The notes beneath the pieces were generated by a model, which was given only the letters and a program-made list of their open reading frames with translations, was not told where the DNA came from and did not search any database. From Candidatus Methylacidiphilales bacterium (lineage in GTDB: Bacteria; Verrucomicrobiota; Verrucomicrobiia; Methylacidiphilales; JBCBYL01), in assembly GCA_050329585.1 (NCBI GenBank), contig JBHJOR010000008.1:1481-65480 (forward strand): a DNA stretch of 64,000 nt, read 5' to 3'. The position numbers were made by a program, and so were the translations under genes. Below, in pieces: positions 55,593 through 64,000 of this stretch (its first letter is position 1; each line of letters starts with the position of its first letter).

Positions 55593-56843
55593 ATGACCAC
55601 CGCCGCCAAACTGAAAGAATTTGAATATCACGATGCGGGCTCGCGCCATGAGGCAGGAGAGTGGCAGGAGGACATGGTTCCTGAAACCCTGACTCTCAGT
55701 ATGGGACCTTCCCATCCGAGCACTCATGGTGTGTTGCGAGTGGTGCTGGAGCTGGATGGTGAAGTCATCACCCGTGCAGATCCGGATATTGGCTATCTTC
55801 ACCGCGGAGACGAAAAAATAGCGGAGAACATGAACTGGACGCAGTTCATTCCTTACACGGATCGTTTAGATTATCTGGCTCCGTTGGCTAACAACGTAGC
55901 GTATACGTGCGCGGTCGAAAAATTAATGGATATGGAAGTGCCGCAGAGGGCGCAAACCATTCGGGTGCTCTGTTGTGAACTGGCGCGCATTTCGGCACAT
56001 CTTTTGGGTTTGGGAGCCTACACTATGGATTGCGGTGCCATGACCGTCTTTTTGTACACGTTTGAGGAGCGGGAAAAACTTTATAATCTGATCGAACTGT
56101 TAACAGGAGCCCGTTTTACCACCAGTTACACGCGCATTGGCGGATTGGCGCGGGATTTACCTGAAGGTTTTGAAGCTGGATTAAAGGCATTCTGCGACCA
56201 ATTTCCAGCCCGACTGGATGAAGTGGATAAACTGCTAACACGCAATCCGATCTTCTTGGATCGAACTCGTGATGTAGGGATTATTACGAAGGCCGATGCG
56301 GTGGATTTCGGGCTGACCGGACCCAACCTCCGGGGCTCCGGAGTGGACTTCGATTTACGCAAGAAAAAGCCCTATCTTGGCTATGAGCAGTATGAATTTG
56401 AAGTTCCTTTGGGCTCGGTGGGGGACTGTTATGACCGGTATCTGGTGAGAAAGGAAGAAATGCGCCAAAGTGTGCGCATTATTGAACAAGCCCTAGCCCG
56501 CATCACTCCTGGCCCGGTGATGGTGGATGATCCCAAAAATGTTCTACCTCGCAAGGATGAAGTATTGACCAAAATGGAAGAGCTTATCCAGCACTTCATG
56601 GTGGCAACGCAGGGGCCGAGGGTGCCGGAAGGGGAGATCTATTTCGCAGCGGAAAATCCAAAAGGAGAACTTGGGTTTTATATCAACAGCAAAGGCGGAG
56701 GGGCACCTCACCGGCTGAAAATTAGGGCTCCATCCTTTGTGAATCTGGGCATCTTGCCCAAAATACTTCCCGGTCACACGGTCAGTGATGTGGTGGCCAT
56801 CTTGGGAAGTCTGGATTTTGTTATGGGTGAATGTGATCGTTGA
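55593..56843 (+). CDS. nuoD: NADH-quinone oxidoreductase subunit D
   Basis: Motifs MGPSHPSTHGVLR, IGYLHRGDEK and SLDFVMGECDR at the C-terminus. Confidence 0.95.
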   Translation: MTTAAKLKEFEYHDAGSRHEAGEWQEDMVPETLTLSMGPSHPSTHGVLRVVLELDGEVITRADPDIGYLHRGDEKIAENMNWTQFIPYTDRLDYLAPLANNVAYTCAVEKLMDMEVPQRAQTIRVLCCELARISAHLLGLGAYTMDCGAMTVFLYTFEEREKLYNLIELLTGARFTTSYTRIGGLARDLPEGFEAGLKAFCDQFPARLDEVDKLLTRNPIFLDRTRDVGIITKADAVDFGLTGPNLRGSGVDFDLRKKKPYLGYEQYEFEVPLGSVGDCYDRYLVRKEEMRQSVRIIEQALARITPGPVMVDDPKNVLPRKDEVLTKMEELIQHFMVATQGPRVPEGEIYFAAENPKGELGFYINSKGGGAPHRLKIRAPSFVNLGILPKILPGHTVSDVVAILGSLDFVMGECDR

Positions 56844-56858
56844 AAAAAGAATAATACT

Positions 56859-57134
56859 ATGAAAACTACTTTGAATCTCCTGTTAGGAATCGTGCTGATG
56901 ACCGCCTTTATTGCCTGCGGCAACAAACTCACTTCTGAAAACTTCACCAAAGTCAAAAACGGTATGACTGAAGAAGAAGTGCGCTCGCTGCTCGGTAAGC
57001 CCAAGGAAGTTAAAACCGGTGAAATGTTGGGCCTTTCCAGCACTACGTTCACTTACGAAGATGGGGAGACACAGGCCGTGGTTGGATTCATCAACGGCAA
57101 GGTTACCCATAAAAATGGAGCTTTCTCAAAATGA
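56859..57134 (+). CDS. small lipoprotein (BamE/SmpA_OmlA- or DUF3862-like) embedded in the nuo cluster
   Basis: MKTTLNLLLGIVLMTAFIACG lipobox. FTKVKNGMTEEEVRSLLGKP is typical of small BamE-like folds. ATGA overlap with nuoE. Confidence 0.65.
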   Translation: MKTTLNLLLGIVLMTAFIACGNKLTSENFTKVKNGMTEEEVRSLLGKPKEVKTGEMLGLSSTTFTYEDGETQAVVGFINGKVTHKNGAFSK

Positions 57135-57619
57135 GCCACGGTGTGACACCGGAATTTAACGCCCAAGCAGACGAAATCATCACCCACTATCCGGTATCTA
57201 AGCGGAGTGCGGTGCTGCCTCTGCTTCATGTTTGGCAGGAACATTTTGGCTATATATCGGATGGGGCCATGGAGTGGATAGCCTCCAAGCTGGAGATTCA
57301 GCCGATTCACGTTTTGGAATTGGTTACCTTCTACCCCATGTTCCGCCGTGAGCCTATTGGCACGCATCATGTTAAAGTGTGCCGAACGCTCTCCTGTATG
57401 CTGGGGGGATCGGAAGCGACTCACCGTTGTTTCAAGGAACACACCGGAGCTGAGGGCGATGATCATGGCCCGATCACCAGTCCGGATGGAAAATACACGA
57501 TTGAGTATGTAGAATGCATCGCATCCTGCGGCACCGCTCCGGTGGTGATGATTAACGAGGATTTTTACGAAAACGTGGATGAAGCCCGCGCCAAGGAGCT
57601 TCTCAAGAAATACAATTAA
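57131..57619 (+). CDS. nuoE: NADH-quinone oxidoreductase subunit E
   Basis: 2Fe-2S ligands in VCRTLSC and ECIASCGTAP. Confidence 0.9.
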   Translation: MSHGVTPEFNAQADEIITHYPVSKRSAVLPLLHVWQEHFGYISDGAMEWIASKLEIQPIHVLELVTFYPMFRREPIGTHHVKVCRTLSCMLGGSEATHRCFKEHTGAEGDDHGPITSPDGKYTIEYVECIASCGTAPVVMINEDFYENVDEARAKELLKKYN

Positions 57620-57620
57620 T

Positions 57621-58997
57621 ATGCCAGTTCAAGAACGACGCATCATTTTCAAGCACATCGATCAACCCGGATACACCCGGGACATTGATTGTTACCTGAA
57701 ACATGGCGGCTATCAGACACTCAAAAAGTGTCTCCAGTTAGAGCCGCAACAAATCAAAGATGATGTCAAAGCCTCTCAGTTGCGGGGCAGAGGAGGAGCG
57801 GGATTTTCTTGCGGATTGAAATGGTCATTCATCGACCTCAAAAAAGTGCAGAAACCGGTTTACCTTATTTGTAATGCCGATGAGTCCGAACCCGGCACAT
57901 TCAAAGATCGACAAATCATCCACAAAGATCCGCACCAGCTCATTGAGGGAATGATTATTTCCTGTTTCGCCAACCAAGTTAAACTCGCCTATATTTACAT
58001 CCGTGGAGAGTTTCCTGAGGGTGCCCGCATCCTTGAGCAGGCGCTGAACGAGGCACGGCAGCAGAACTTCTTAGGACGTAATATTCAGTCCACCGGTTAC
58101 GATCTGGAAATCTATGTGCACCGGGGTGCCGGAGCTTACATTTGTGGAGAAGAAACCGGATTGATCGAATCCCTTGAAGGCAAAAGACCTTATCCCCGGA
58201 TTAAGCCGCCGTATTTTCCGGCAGTGTTGGGACTCTATATGTGTCCGACGATCGTCAACAACGTGGAGACCCTTTGCAATGTTCGGCACGTGATGGAGAT
58301 GGGCGCTGAAACCTTTGCAAAAATAGGAACCCCTAACAACACCGGAACCCGGGTGCTTTGCGTCAGCGGTGATGTGGTTCGTCCGGGCTATTATGAATTT
58401 GAGTGCGGCGCGCTCACCATGGGTCAGTTGATCCACGAAGTGTGTGGAGGTGTCCGTAATGGAAATCGTCTCAAAGCGGTTATTCCAGGTGGTTCCTCCG
58501 CCAAGGTGTTACGGGCTGGCGAAACCTTCAAAATCAAGCAGAAGCAGGCGGATGGTTCCATGGTTGACAAAGAGATCGGCTTGGAAGATGTACCGATGGA
58601 CTTTGATACCTTGGCGGCGGTGGGTTCCATGGCTGGATCGGGTGGTGTTATCGTCATGGACGACACCCGCGATGTGGTTTCATGTCTGGCCAACATTTCT
58701 GAATTTTATGCCCATGAATCCTGCGGACAATGCACCCCGTGCCGTGAAGGATCGCTCTGGATGAAAAAAATCCTTCATCGCATGGCTCATGGCGATGCAC
58801 TTCCCGAAGATCCGGGATTATTAAAAAACGTAGCCGACAACATTGCTGGTAAAACGATCTGTGCTTTTGGTGAGGCCTGTTCTTGGCCGGTGCAGAGTTT
58901 TCTGGCCAAATTCCGCGACGAGTTTGATGCCAAGGCGGCACAGGGCAAGAAGCATACCCACGATGCCACATCGGTGGAAACCGTCAAAGCCGCTTGA
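57621..58997 (+). CDS. nuoF: NADH-quinone oxidoreductase subunit F
   Basis: ORF trimmed to MPVQERRIIF. Motifs GRGGAGFSCGLKW, CNADESEPGTFKDR and ESCGQCTPCREG. Confidence 0.95.
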   Translation: MPVQERRIIFKHIDQPGYTRDIDCYLKHGGYQTLKKCLQLEPQQIKDDVKASQLRGRGGAGFSCGLKWSFIDLKKVQKPVYLICNADESEPGTFKDRQIIHKDPHQLIEGMIISCFANQVKLAYIYIRGEFPEGARILEQALNEARQQNFLGRNIQSTGYDLEIYVHRGAGAYICGEETGLIESLEGKRPYPRIKPPYFPAVLGLYMCPTIVNNVETLCNVRHVMEMGAETFAKIGTPNNTGTRVLCVSGDVVRPGYYEFECGALTMGQLIHEVCGGVRNGNRLKAVIPGGSSAKVLRAGETFKIKQKQADGSMVDKEIGLEDVPMDFDTLAAVGSMAGSGGVIVMDDTRDVVSCLANISEFYAHESCGQCTPCREGSLWMKKILHRMAHGDALPEDPGLLKNVADNIAGKTICAFGEACSWPVQSFLAKFRDEFDAKAAQGKKHTHDATSVETVKAA

Positions 58998-59025
58998 GCA
59001 TCAGCCACCTAGAAGACACCAGGCC

Positions 59026-60732
59026 ATGAAAGCAACACAGATCAACCCCTTTAATCACGACCTGCCTGCAGCGGACACACCTTTGGTCAATGTGCACTTC
59101 AACGGTCGCTGGATCAAAGTGCCGAAGGGTACCAACGTGGTGGAAGTTACACGCACGGCGGGCGACTTTTTGCCTCACTATTGTTATCATCCCAAGCTCT
59201 CGGTATCGGGAAACTGCCGCATGTGTCTTTTTGAAATGGGTATGCCCAAGGCAGGTCCGGATCGCCAGCCCATTTTAGGAGAAGACGGGCTTCCTGCCGA
59301 AATCATGTGGATGCCAAGACCCGTGATCGGCTGCGCTACTCAAGTCACTGAGGGCATGGGAATCCGCACCGACTCGCCCATGGCGCAAGAGTGCCGCAAA
59401 GGAGTGATGGAGTTCCTTCTCATCAACCATCCTCTAGATTGTCCCATTTGTGATCAAGCGGGAGAGTGTAAGCTTCAAGAATTTTCCAGTGATTATGGGA
59501 CAGGTGAAAGCCGCTTCGTGGAACAGAAAGTTAAAAAACCGAAGAATGTGGATCTCGGAGAGAGGATTGTTCTGGATGACGAGCGGTGCATTTTGTGCTC
59601 CCGCTGTGTGCGCTTTGCTAAAGAAGTGATGAACGATGATGTGCTGGGCTTTGTCAACCGAGGCAGTCACAACTCTCTGACCGCGCATCCGGGTAAGCGC
59701 TTTGACAATCCTTACTCACTCAACACGGTGGATATCTGTCCGGTAGGCGCGCTGACCAGCAAGGATTTTCGTTTCAAGATGCGCGTTTGGTTTTTAAAGG
59801 AAACTCCGAGTGTCTGCACCAGCTGCGGACGGGGATGTAATATCGAAATCGGATCCCGTCAGGATCAAATCTACCGGCTGACTCCCCGAACCAATGAGGA
59901 AGTCAATTCCCACTGGATGTGTGACTATGGGCGTCTGAATTTTCACGCCCTTCAATCGCCCGAGCGCTTGCTTCAACCTGAGGCGCGAGTCGGATCGAAT
60001 CTTTTCCCTTCGGACTGGAGCGCTATTCAAGGGCAAATCAGCCGCCAGCTGTCAGAAAAGGGTGGAAGCCGCACCGCATTCCTGATTTCAGCATCGTGCA
60101 CGAACGAAGAACTTTACTTGATCAAAAGTTGGGCGGAAGAGCTGGGAGTAGCACACCTGGAAGTTGTTCCACGTCAAGGTGAGGCGGATGGATTTTTGCG
60201 GGTGGCGGATGTTCACTCCAACACGAATGGTGCGCGGTTGATCGGTGTGGGCAGGGATGGAGCAGGGTTGCCCGATCTGGTTGCGGCGGTGCGCAGCGGA
60301 AAGATCGAGGCTTTAGTTTGCTGGCAAGAAGACGCCATCGCTGCCGGGTTAAACGAGGACGATTTGAAAAAGCTCAAGCTATTGGTGTCCGCGTCGGTTT
60401 TGCCTAACGTCACAACGAACCACGCCCATTTTGTTCTCCCTGTTTCGGGTTTCGCGGAAAAGCGCGGCAGCTTGATCAATGTGGACGGGAGATTGCAGCG
60501 CCTTAATCGTGCGGTGTCGGCACCCGGACAGGCCCGTGACGACTGGGAAGTCATACAAGCCATCCGCCATGCGTGCGGTGGGGGAAACAGTCTTCATTTG
60601 ATCGAGGATGTCTTCAGGCAGATGACGGAAAAGGTTCCGGTGCTCTCGGGGCTTACGCTTGGAAAGATTGGCGATCAGGGTTTGGCCTTGGAATTGCAAA
60701 CGGCACAGATCCCCCAAGCCGCATCCATTTAA
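59026..60732 (+). CDS. nuoG: NADH-quinone oxidoreductase subunit G (short form)
   Basis: ORF trimmed to MKATQINPF. Fe-S motifs CYHPKLSVSGNCRMC, HPLDCPICDQAGEC, CILCSRCVRF and CPVGAL. Confidence 0.9.
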   Translation: MKATQINPFNHDLPAADTPLVNVHFNGRWIKVPKGTNVVEVTRTAGDFLPHYCYHPKLSVSGNCRMCLFEMGMPKAGPDRQPILGEDGLPAEIMWMPRPVIGCATQVTEGMGIRTDSPMAQECRKGVMEFLLINHPLDCPICDQAGECKLQEFSSDYGTGESRFVEQKVKKPKNVDLGERIVLDDERCILCSRCVRFAKEVMNDDVLGFVNRGSHNSLTAHPGKRFDNPYSLNTVDICPVGALTSKDFRFKMRVWFLKETPSVCTSCGRGCNIEIGSRQDQIYRLTPRTNEEVNSHWMCDYGRLNFHALQSPERLLQPEARVGSNLFPSDWSAIQGQISRQLSEKGGSRTAFLISASCTNEELYLIKSWAEELGVAHLEVVPRQGEADGFLRVADVHSNTNGARLIGVGRDGAGLPDLVAAVRSGKIEALVCWQEDAIAAGLNEDDLKKLKLLVSASVLPNVTTNHAHFVLPVSGFAEKRGSLINVDGRLQRLNRAVSAPGQARDDWEVIQAIRHACGGGNSLHLIEDVFRQMTEKVPVLSGLTLGKIGDQGLALELQTAQIPQAASI

Positions 60733-60749
60733 GGAAGGAACAGGCAGTT

Positions 60750-61973
60750 ATGATGATGTTTTCGGATCTTTTAGGAATGGCGGTGCAAACCAGCTTGATT
60801 GCCGTCCACTGTGGCGTGGTGGTGGGAATGCTCCTTTTTTTTGTTGCCTACAGCGTGGTCGCGGAACGCCGCTTCAGCGCGTGGTTCCAAGATCGTATCG
60901 GACCCAACCGTGTGGGATTGCCTTTGGGAGGTCTTAAGATAGGGGCCTTCACCATACCGAACTGGAGATTGTTGGGTTTAGGGCAGCCTATGGTGGACGG
61001 TATTAAATTTTTACTGAAGGAGGAAATCACGCCCGGACACGTCAACAAGCCCTATTATTATCTGGCACCCGCTTTGGCCATGGTGCCGGCACTGTTGACC
61101 ATTACCGTGGTGCCCGTCAGCAGTGGATTCGATTTGCGCCCTTTGGGTGAACTGTTGGCGGGTTGGTTTGGGTGGGGAGCTGAGATGGTGGAAAAATTTC
61201 AACTTAACGGAGCGATCGCTGATCTGGATGTAGGCATCCTGTTTGCCTTTGCCATCATTTCGATCAGTGTTTACGGAATTGTGTTGGCGGGTTGGGCCTC
61301 CAATTCCAAATTTCCGTTTTTAGGCGGGATTCGCTCATCGGCTCAAATGATATCCTATGAGTTGACTATGGGTTTGGCAGTGGTTCCAGTGTTTTTATTA
61401 ATCGGCAATTTAAATCTGGGTGAGATCGTCCGTTATCAGGCGGTTCATGGAGCACTGGCTTTTCCGCTTTCATTGAATATGAGTTGGGAGCATTGGCTCT
61501 TGGCCTTACCACTGGCTTGTTCATTTTTTCTTTTCCTGATTTCTGCGTTTGCAGAAACCAATCGGCTTCCTTTTGACATGCCTGAAGCGGAAAATGAATT
61601 GGTGGGCGGATATCACACCGAATACGGAGCCATGAAATTCGCTCTATTCTTCCTAGGTGAATATGCCGCTATGCTGGTGGCCTCCTGCTTTATTGTGACC
61701 CTTTTCCTGGGGGGGTGGAGTTTGGCGTTTATTCCATATTTAAACGGCGTAGCACCTAACGGGTTGGAAATGCCATGGTTTATGGGCTTTGCTCATGCCG
61801 GGGTCTTCATCTTGAAGATGGCGTTTTTTATGTTTCTGTTCATTTGGGTGCGCTGGACGCTGCCGCGTTTCCGTTACGACCAATTAATGGGATTGGGTTG
61901 GAAAGTATTTCTTCCTTTGGCACTGGCTAACGTTCTGCTGACAGCCTTTCTGATCATGGTTTTAGCTATCTAA
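60750..61973 (+). CDS. nuoH: NADH-quinone oxidoreductase subunit H
   Basis: ORF trimmed to MMMFSDLL. Motifs AERRFSAWFQDRIGPNRVG, AETNRLPFDMPEAENELVGGYHTEYG and RWTLPRFRYDQLM. Confidence 0.95.
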   Translation: MMMFSDLLGMAVQTSLIAVHCGVVVGMLLFFVAYSVVAERRFSAWFQDRIGPNRVGLPLGGLKIGAFTIPNWRLLGLGQPMVDGIKFLLKEEITPGHVNKPYYYLAPALAMVPALLTITVVPVSSGFDLRPLGELLAGWFGWGAEMVEKFQLNGAIADLDVGILFAFAIISISVYGIVLAGWASNSKFPFLGGIRSSAQMISYELTMGLAVVPVFLLIGNLNLGEIVRYQAVHGALAFPLSLNMSWEHWLLALPLACSFFLFLISAFAETNRLPFDMPEAENELVGGYHTEYGAMKFALFFLGEYAAMLVASCFIVTLFLGGWSLAFIPYLNGVAPNGLEMPWFMGFAHAGVFILKMAFFMFLFIWVRWTLPRFRYDQLMGLGWKVFLPLALANVLLTAFLIMVLAI

Positions 61974-62086
61974 AACCTGAATCTCACTTTTTACTTCTCT
62001 AAACGTAGATAATCGGTTCTAATGTGAGACCGCAAAAGGGTTGGCAGAAGGTATTTACTGATGCTAGACCCAATGGCACACAAAAC

Positions 62087-64000
62087 ATGGCAACACCGCG
62101 CACCATATTGATCGTCTTGGCCTTTTGCGCCTGTTCCACTGCCATGGCGCAGACGCCCGTTCGTACGGCTAACATTCCTGTAGAAATCACTGCGGATGGC
62201 TCCAATCGATATGCTGAAGGAATCGCCTACGCGGAAGGAAACGTAGTGGTTCGTTATGGAGCGGATGTGATTTACGCCGACCAAGTCACCTTTGACCAAG
62301 AGAAAAAAGAGGTTTCGGCACGGGGAAATGTCCGTATTTACGCCGAGGGAATTACCTATCGAGGCGATTTTTTAACCTACTCCTTAAACACGCAGCAGGT
62401 TAAATCAGAGGATTTCCGCTCAGCCATGGAGCGAGTCTACGCCTACGCCGAAAAAGTAGAATCACCGGATGAAGGACATTACGTTTTTCATAATGCGGGA
62501 CTCACCACTGAAAATAGAGATGATCCGTCGTACACCATGAGGGCCAAGACTCTTGAAATCTTCGCTGACGACCGGGCCATCCTACGGAACGTTTCTATCT
62601 ACATTGGCAACATCCCCGTATTCTGGTTACCGTTTGTTTCCGTTCCCTTAAACGGGGACACAGACGCATTTGATTTCACGGCGGGCTCATATAATCGCTG
62701 GGGATACTTCTTGTTAGGATCATACACTACGGCCTTGGATGATCGCTTTACTGTCACCGCACACGCCGGTTACCGCAGCAAGCGGGGAGGCGGCGGAGGT
62801 CTTGATGTGGACTTTAATCCACGTCCCGGGGATGTGGGTGAGTTCAAATCCTTTGTGACGCATGACTTTGATACGGAAAATTTGCTGGGAAGTGTAGAGC
62901 GCCCCTTCGAGCCGGATAATCCCCGTTATCGGATTGAATACAGTCACCATTACAAGCTAGCAGATGACCTCTACACCATTGCCGATATCAATGTATGGAG
63001 TGATAAATACATCACGGAGGATTTCTTCCCAGCTGAATTTAGGCAAGAGCGCGAAGCCGCCAACGTCGTTGAAGGTCTGTATTATGATGAAAATTTCACG
63101 GTTAGCTTAACGGCTGATCTACAGATCAATCACATGTTTAATGTTAGCGAGCGTGAGCCTGAATTTGCCGTTCAATTTAAAAGGCAGGACTTTTTTAAAA
63201 GCCCTCTGACGTATGAAGGATCGTTTGGCTTCGTTAACTTTAACCAGACTTTTGACAAAGAATTTCGCAAGCTCAATCCCGGCAATAATGCCTACGATTC
63301 GATTCGTTATGACATGACCCATGTGCTCATGTATCCGCGCCAATACATGCAGTGGCTTAACGTCAACCCATTCGTAGGAGTGAAAGGCAATATCTATACC
63401 AAGGATAATGCAGGAACCAGTCCCAACGACGATGTCTATCGATATGCGGTCAATGCCGGGATGGAAGTTTCCTTCAAAGTCAGCAAAACGTGGACGGACT
63501 TTACCAATCCCAATTTGGGCATTGATGGGCTGCGCCATGTCATGGAACCCTTTGTAACCGGATCGTATACGCCCGAACCTAATAAAACCGCCGAGGACTT
63601 CCGCGGATTTGACAACCGCCTTCCCAGCACCCGACTCCAACCCATCACGTGGACCGGATACAATTCGGTCGATTCCATTCATGAGTTAGGGGCGGTGCGC
63701 CACGGCATCCGCAATAAGATTCAGACCAAACGCGATGGACGCACCGTGGATTTGATTGACTGGGTGGTTTACGCTCAAGCCAATGCCATCAGGCCTGACG
63801 GTCGCACCGTGACTGGCCAACAAAGCTTCAGTGACACGGGTCTTCTGACGGATGATGTGTATTCTCATCTTTTCAGCGAAATGTCTATCAATCCACTGCC
63901 ATGGCTGGACTTTGACCTTTACGTAGCGCAGTCCCTTGTCGATGAAACATTTGATGAATACGGAATCAGTCTGACTTGGCAGGTAGCTCCCGCCGTGGAT
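62087..64000 (+). CDS. lptD: LptD/OstA-family outer-membrane LPS-assembly protein (3' end beyond window)
   Basis: Not in the ORF track because it has no stop. I translated 638 codons by hand from ATG 62087 and found none. Signal peptide MATPRTILIVLAFCACSTAMAQ. OstA-like N-domain pattern AEGNVVVRYGADVIYADQVTFDQEKKEVSARGNVRIY. The long beta-rich remainder is rich in aromatic-x-aromatic. Confidence 0.7.
   Translation, partial: MATPRTILIVLAFCACSTAMAQTPVRTANIPVEITADGSNRYAEGIAYAEGNVVVRYGADVIYADQVTFDQEKKEVSARGNVRIYAEGITYRGDFLTYSLNTQQVKSEDFRSAMERVYAYAEKVESPDEGHYVFHNAGLTTENRDDPSYTMRAKTLEIFADDRAILRNVSIYIGNIPVFWLPFVSVPLNGDTDAFDFTAGSYNRWGYFLLGSYTTALDDRFTVTAHAGYRSKRGGGGGLDVDFNPRPGDVGEFKSFVTHDFDTENLLGSVERPFEPDNPRYRIEYSHHYKLADDLYTIADINVWSDKYITEDFFPAEFRQEREAANVVEGLYYDENFTVSLTADLQINHMFNVSEREPEFAVQFKRQDFFKSPLTYEGSFGFVNFNQTFDKEFRKLNPGNNAYDSIRYDMTHVLMYPRQYMQWLNVNPFVGVKGNIYTKDNAGTSPNDDVYRYAVNAGMEVSFKVSKTWTDFTNPNLGIDGLRHVMEPFVTGSYTPEPNKTAEDFRGFDNRLPSTRLQPITWTGYNSVDSIHELGAVRHGIRNKIQTKRDGRTVDLIDWVVYAQANAIRPDGRTVTGQQSFSDTGLLTDDVYSHLFSEMSINPLPWLDFDLYVAQSLVDETFDEYGISLTWQVAPAVD

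Noticed and set aside
1-64000. CRISPR arrays, rRNA genes, IS elements or transposases, prophage genes, retrons.
   Set aside because: I saw no regularly spaced direct repeats, no rRNA-like conserved stretches, no transposase or reverse-transcriptase motifs, and no terminal inverted repeats flanking a gene.

Overview
Gene-dense 64-kb chromosomal window from a diderm, LPS-making bacterium (waaA/kdtA, an LptD-like gene, OmpA-like and AsmA-like proteins). The many TPR and secreted hypothetical proteins are loosely reminiscent of Verrucomicrobiota/PVC, but I cannot verify this without a search. I can support about 65 CDS, 2 tRNAs (Ser-UGA, Val-CAC), 2 intrinsic terminators and 2 palindromic operator candidates. 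I see no rRNA, CRISPR array, transposase, phage genes or reverse transcriptase.

Housekeeping blocks:
- hom-thrC
- tsaD and bioD
- a glycine-cleavage cluster, gcvT-gcvH ... gcvP, interrupted by three extra genes
- xerC-like gene overlapping waaA
- trmB
- a partial complex I cluster, nuoB-C-D-(lipoprotein)-E-F-G-H. It has no nuoA or nuoI-N and is followed by an open-ended LptD-like gene that the ORF track omits.

Accessory-looking content:
- Best candidate for an undescribed system (16.5-21.9 kb): a translationally coupled stand-alone ketosynthase, truncated ketosynthase-like protein, ketoreductase and divergent ACP. They sit between an AsmA-like protein and a flippase-like membrane protein. 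A divergent ABCG-type transporter with two unknown envelope proteins lies at 22-26 kb.
- A circularly permuted ATP-grasp plus alpha-E pair without its usual partners.
- Three VapBC-type toxin-antitoxin loci within 8.5 kb, bracketing a CHASE2 cyclase-SH3-M48 peptidase operon.
- Two internally repetitive proteins: a 4x two-TM-module membrane protein upstream of gcvT, and a 4x ~90-aa-repeat surface protein.
- A small basic ORF in an AT-rich gap flanked by terminators.

All functional calls come from motif recognition by eye. No searches were run.
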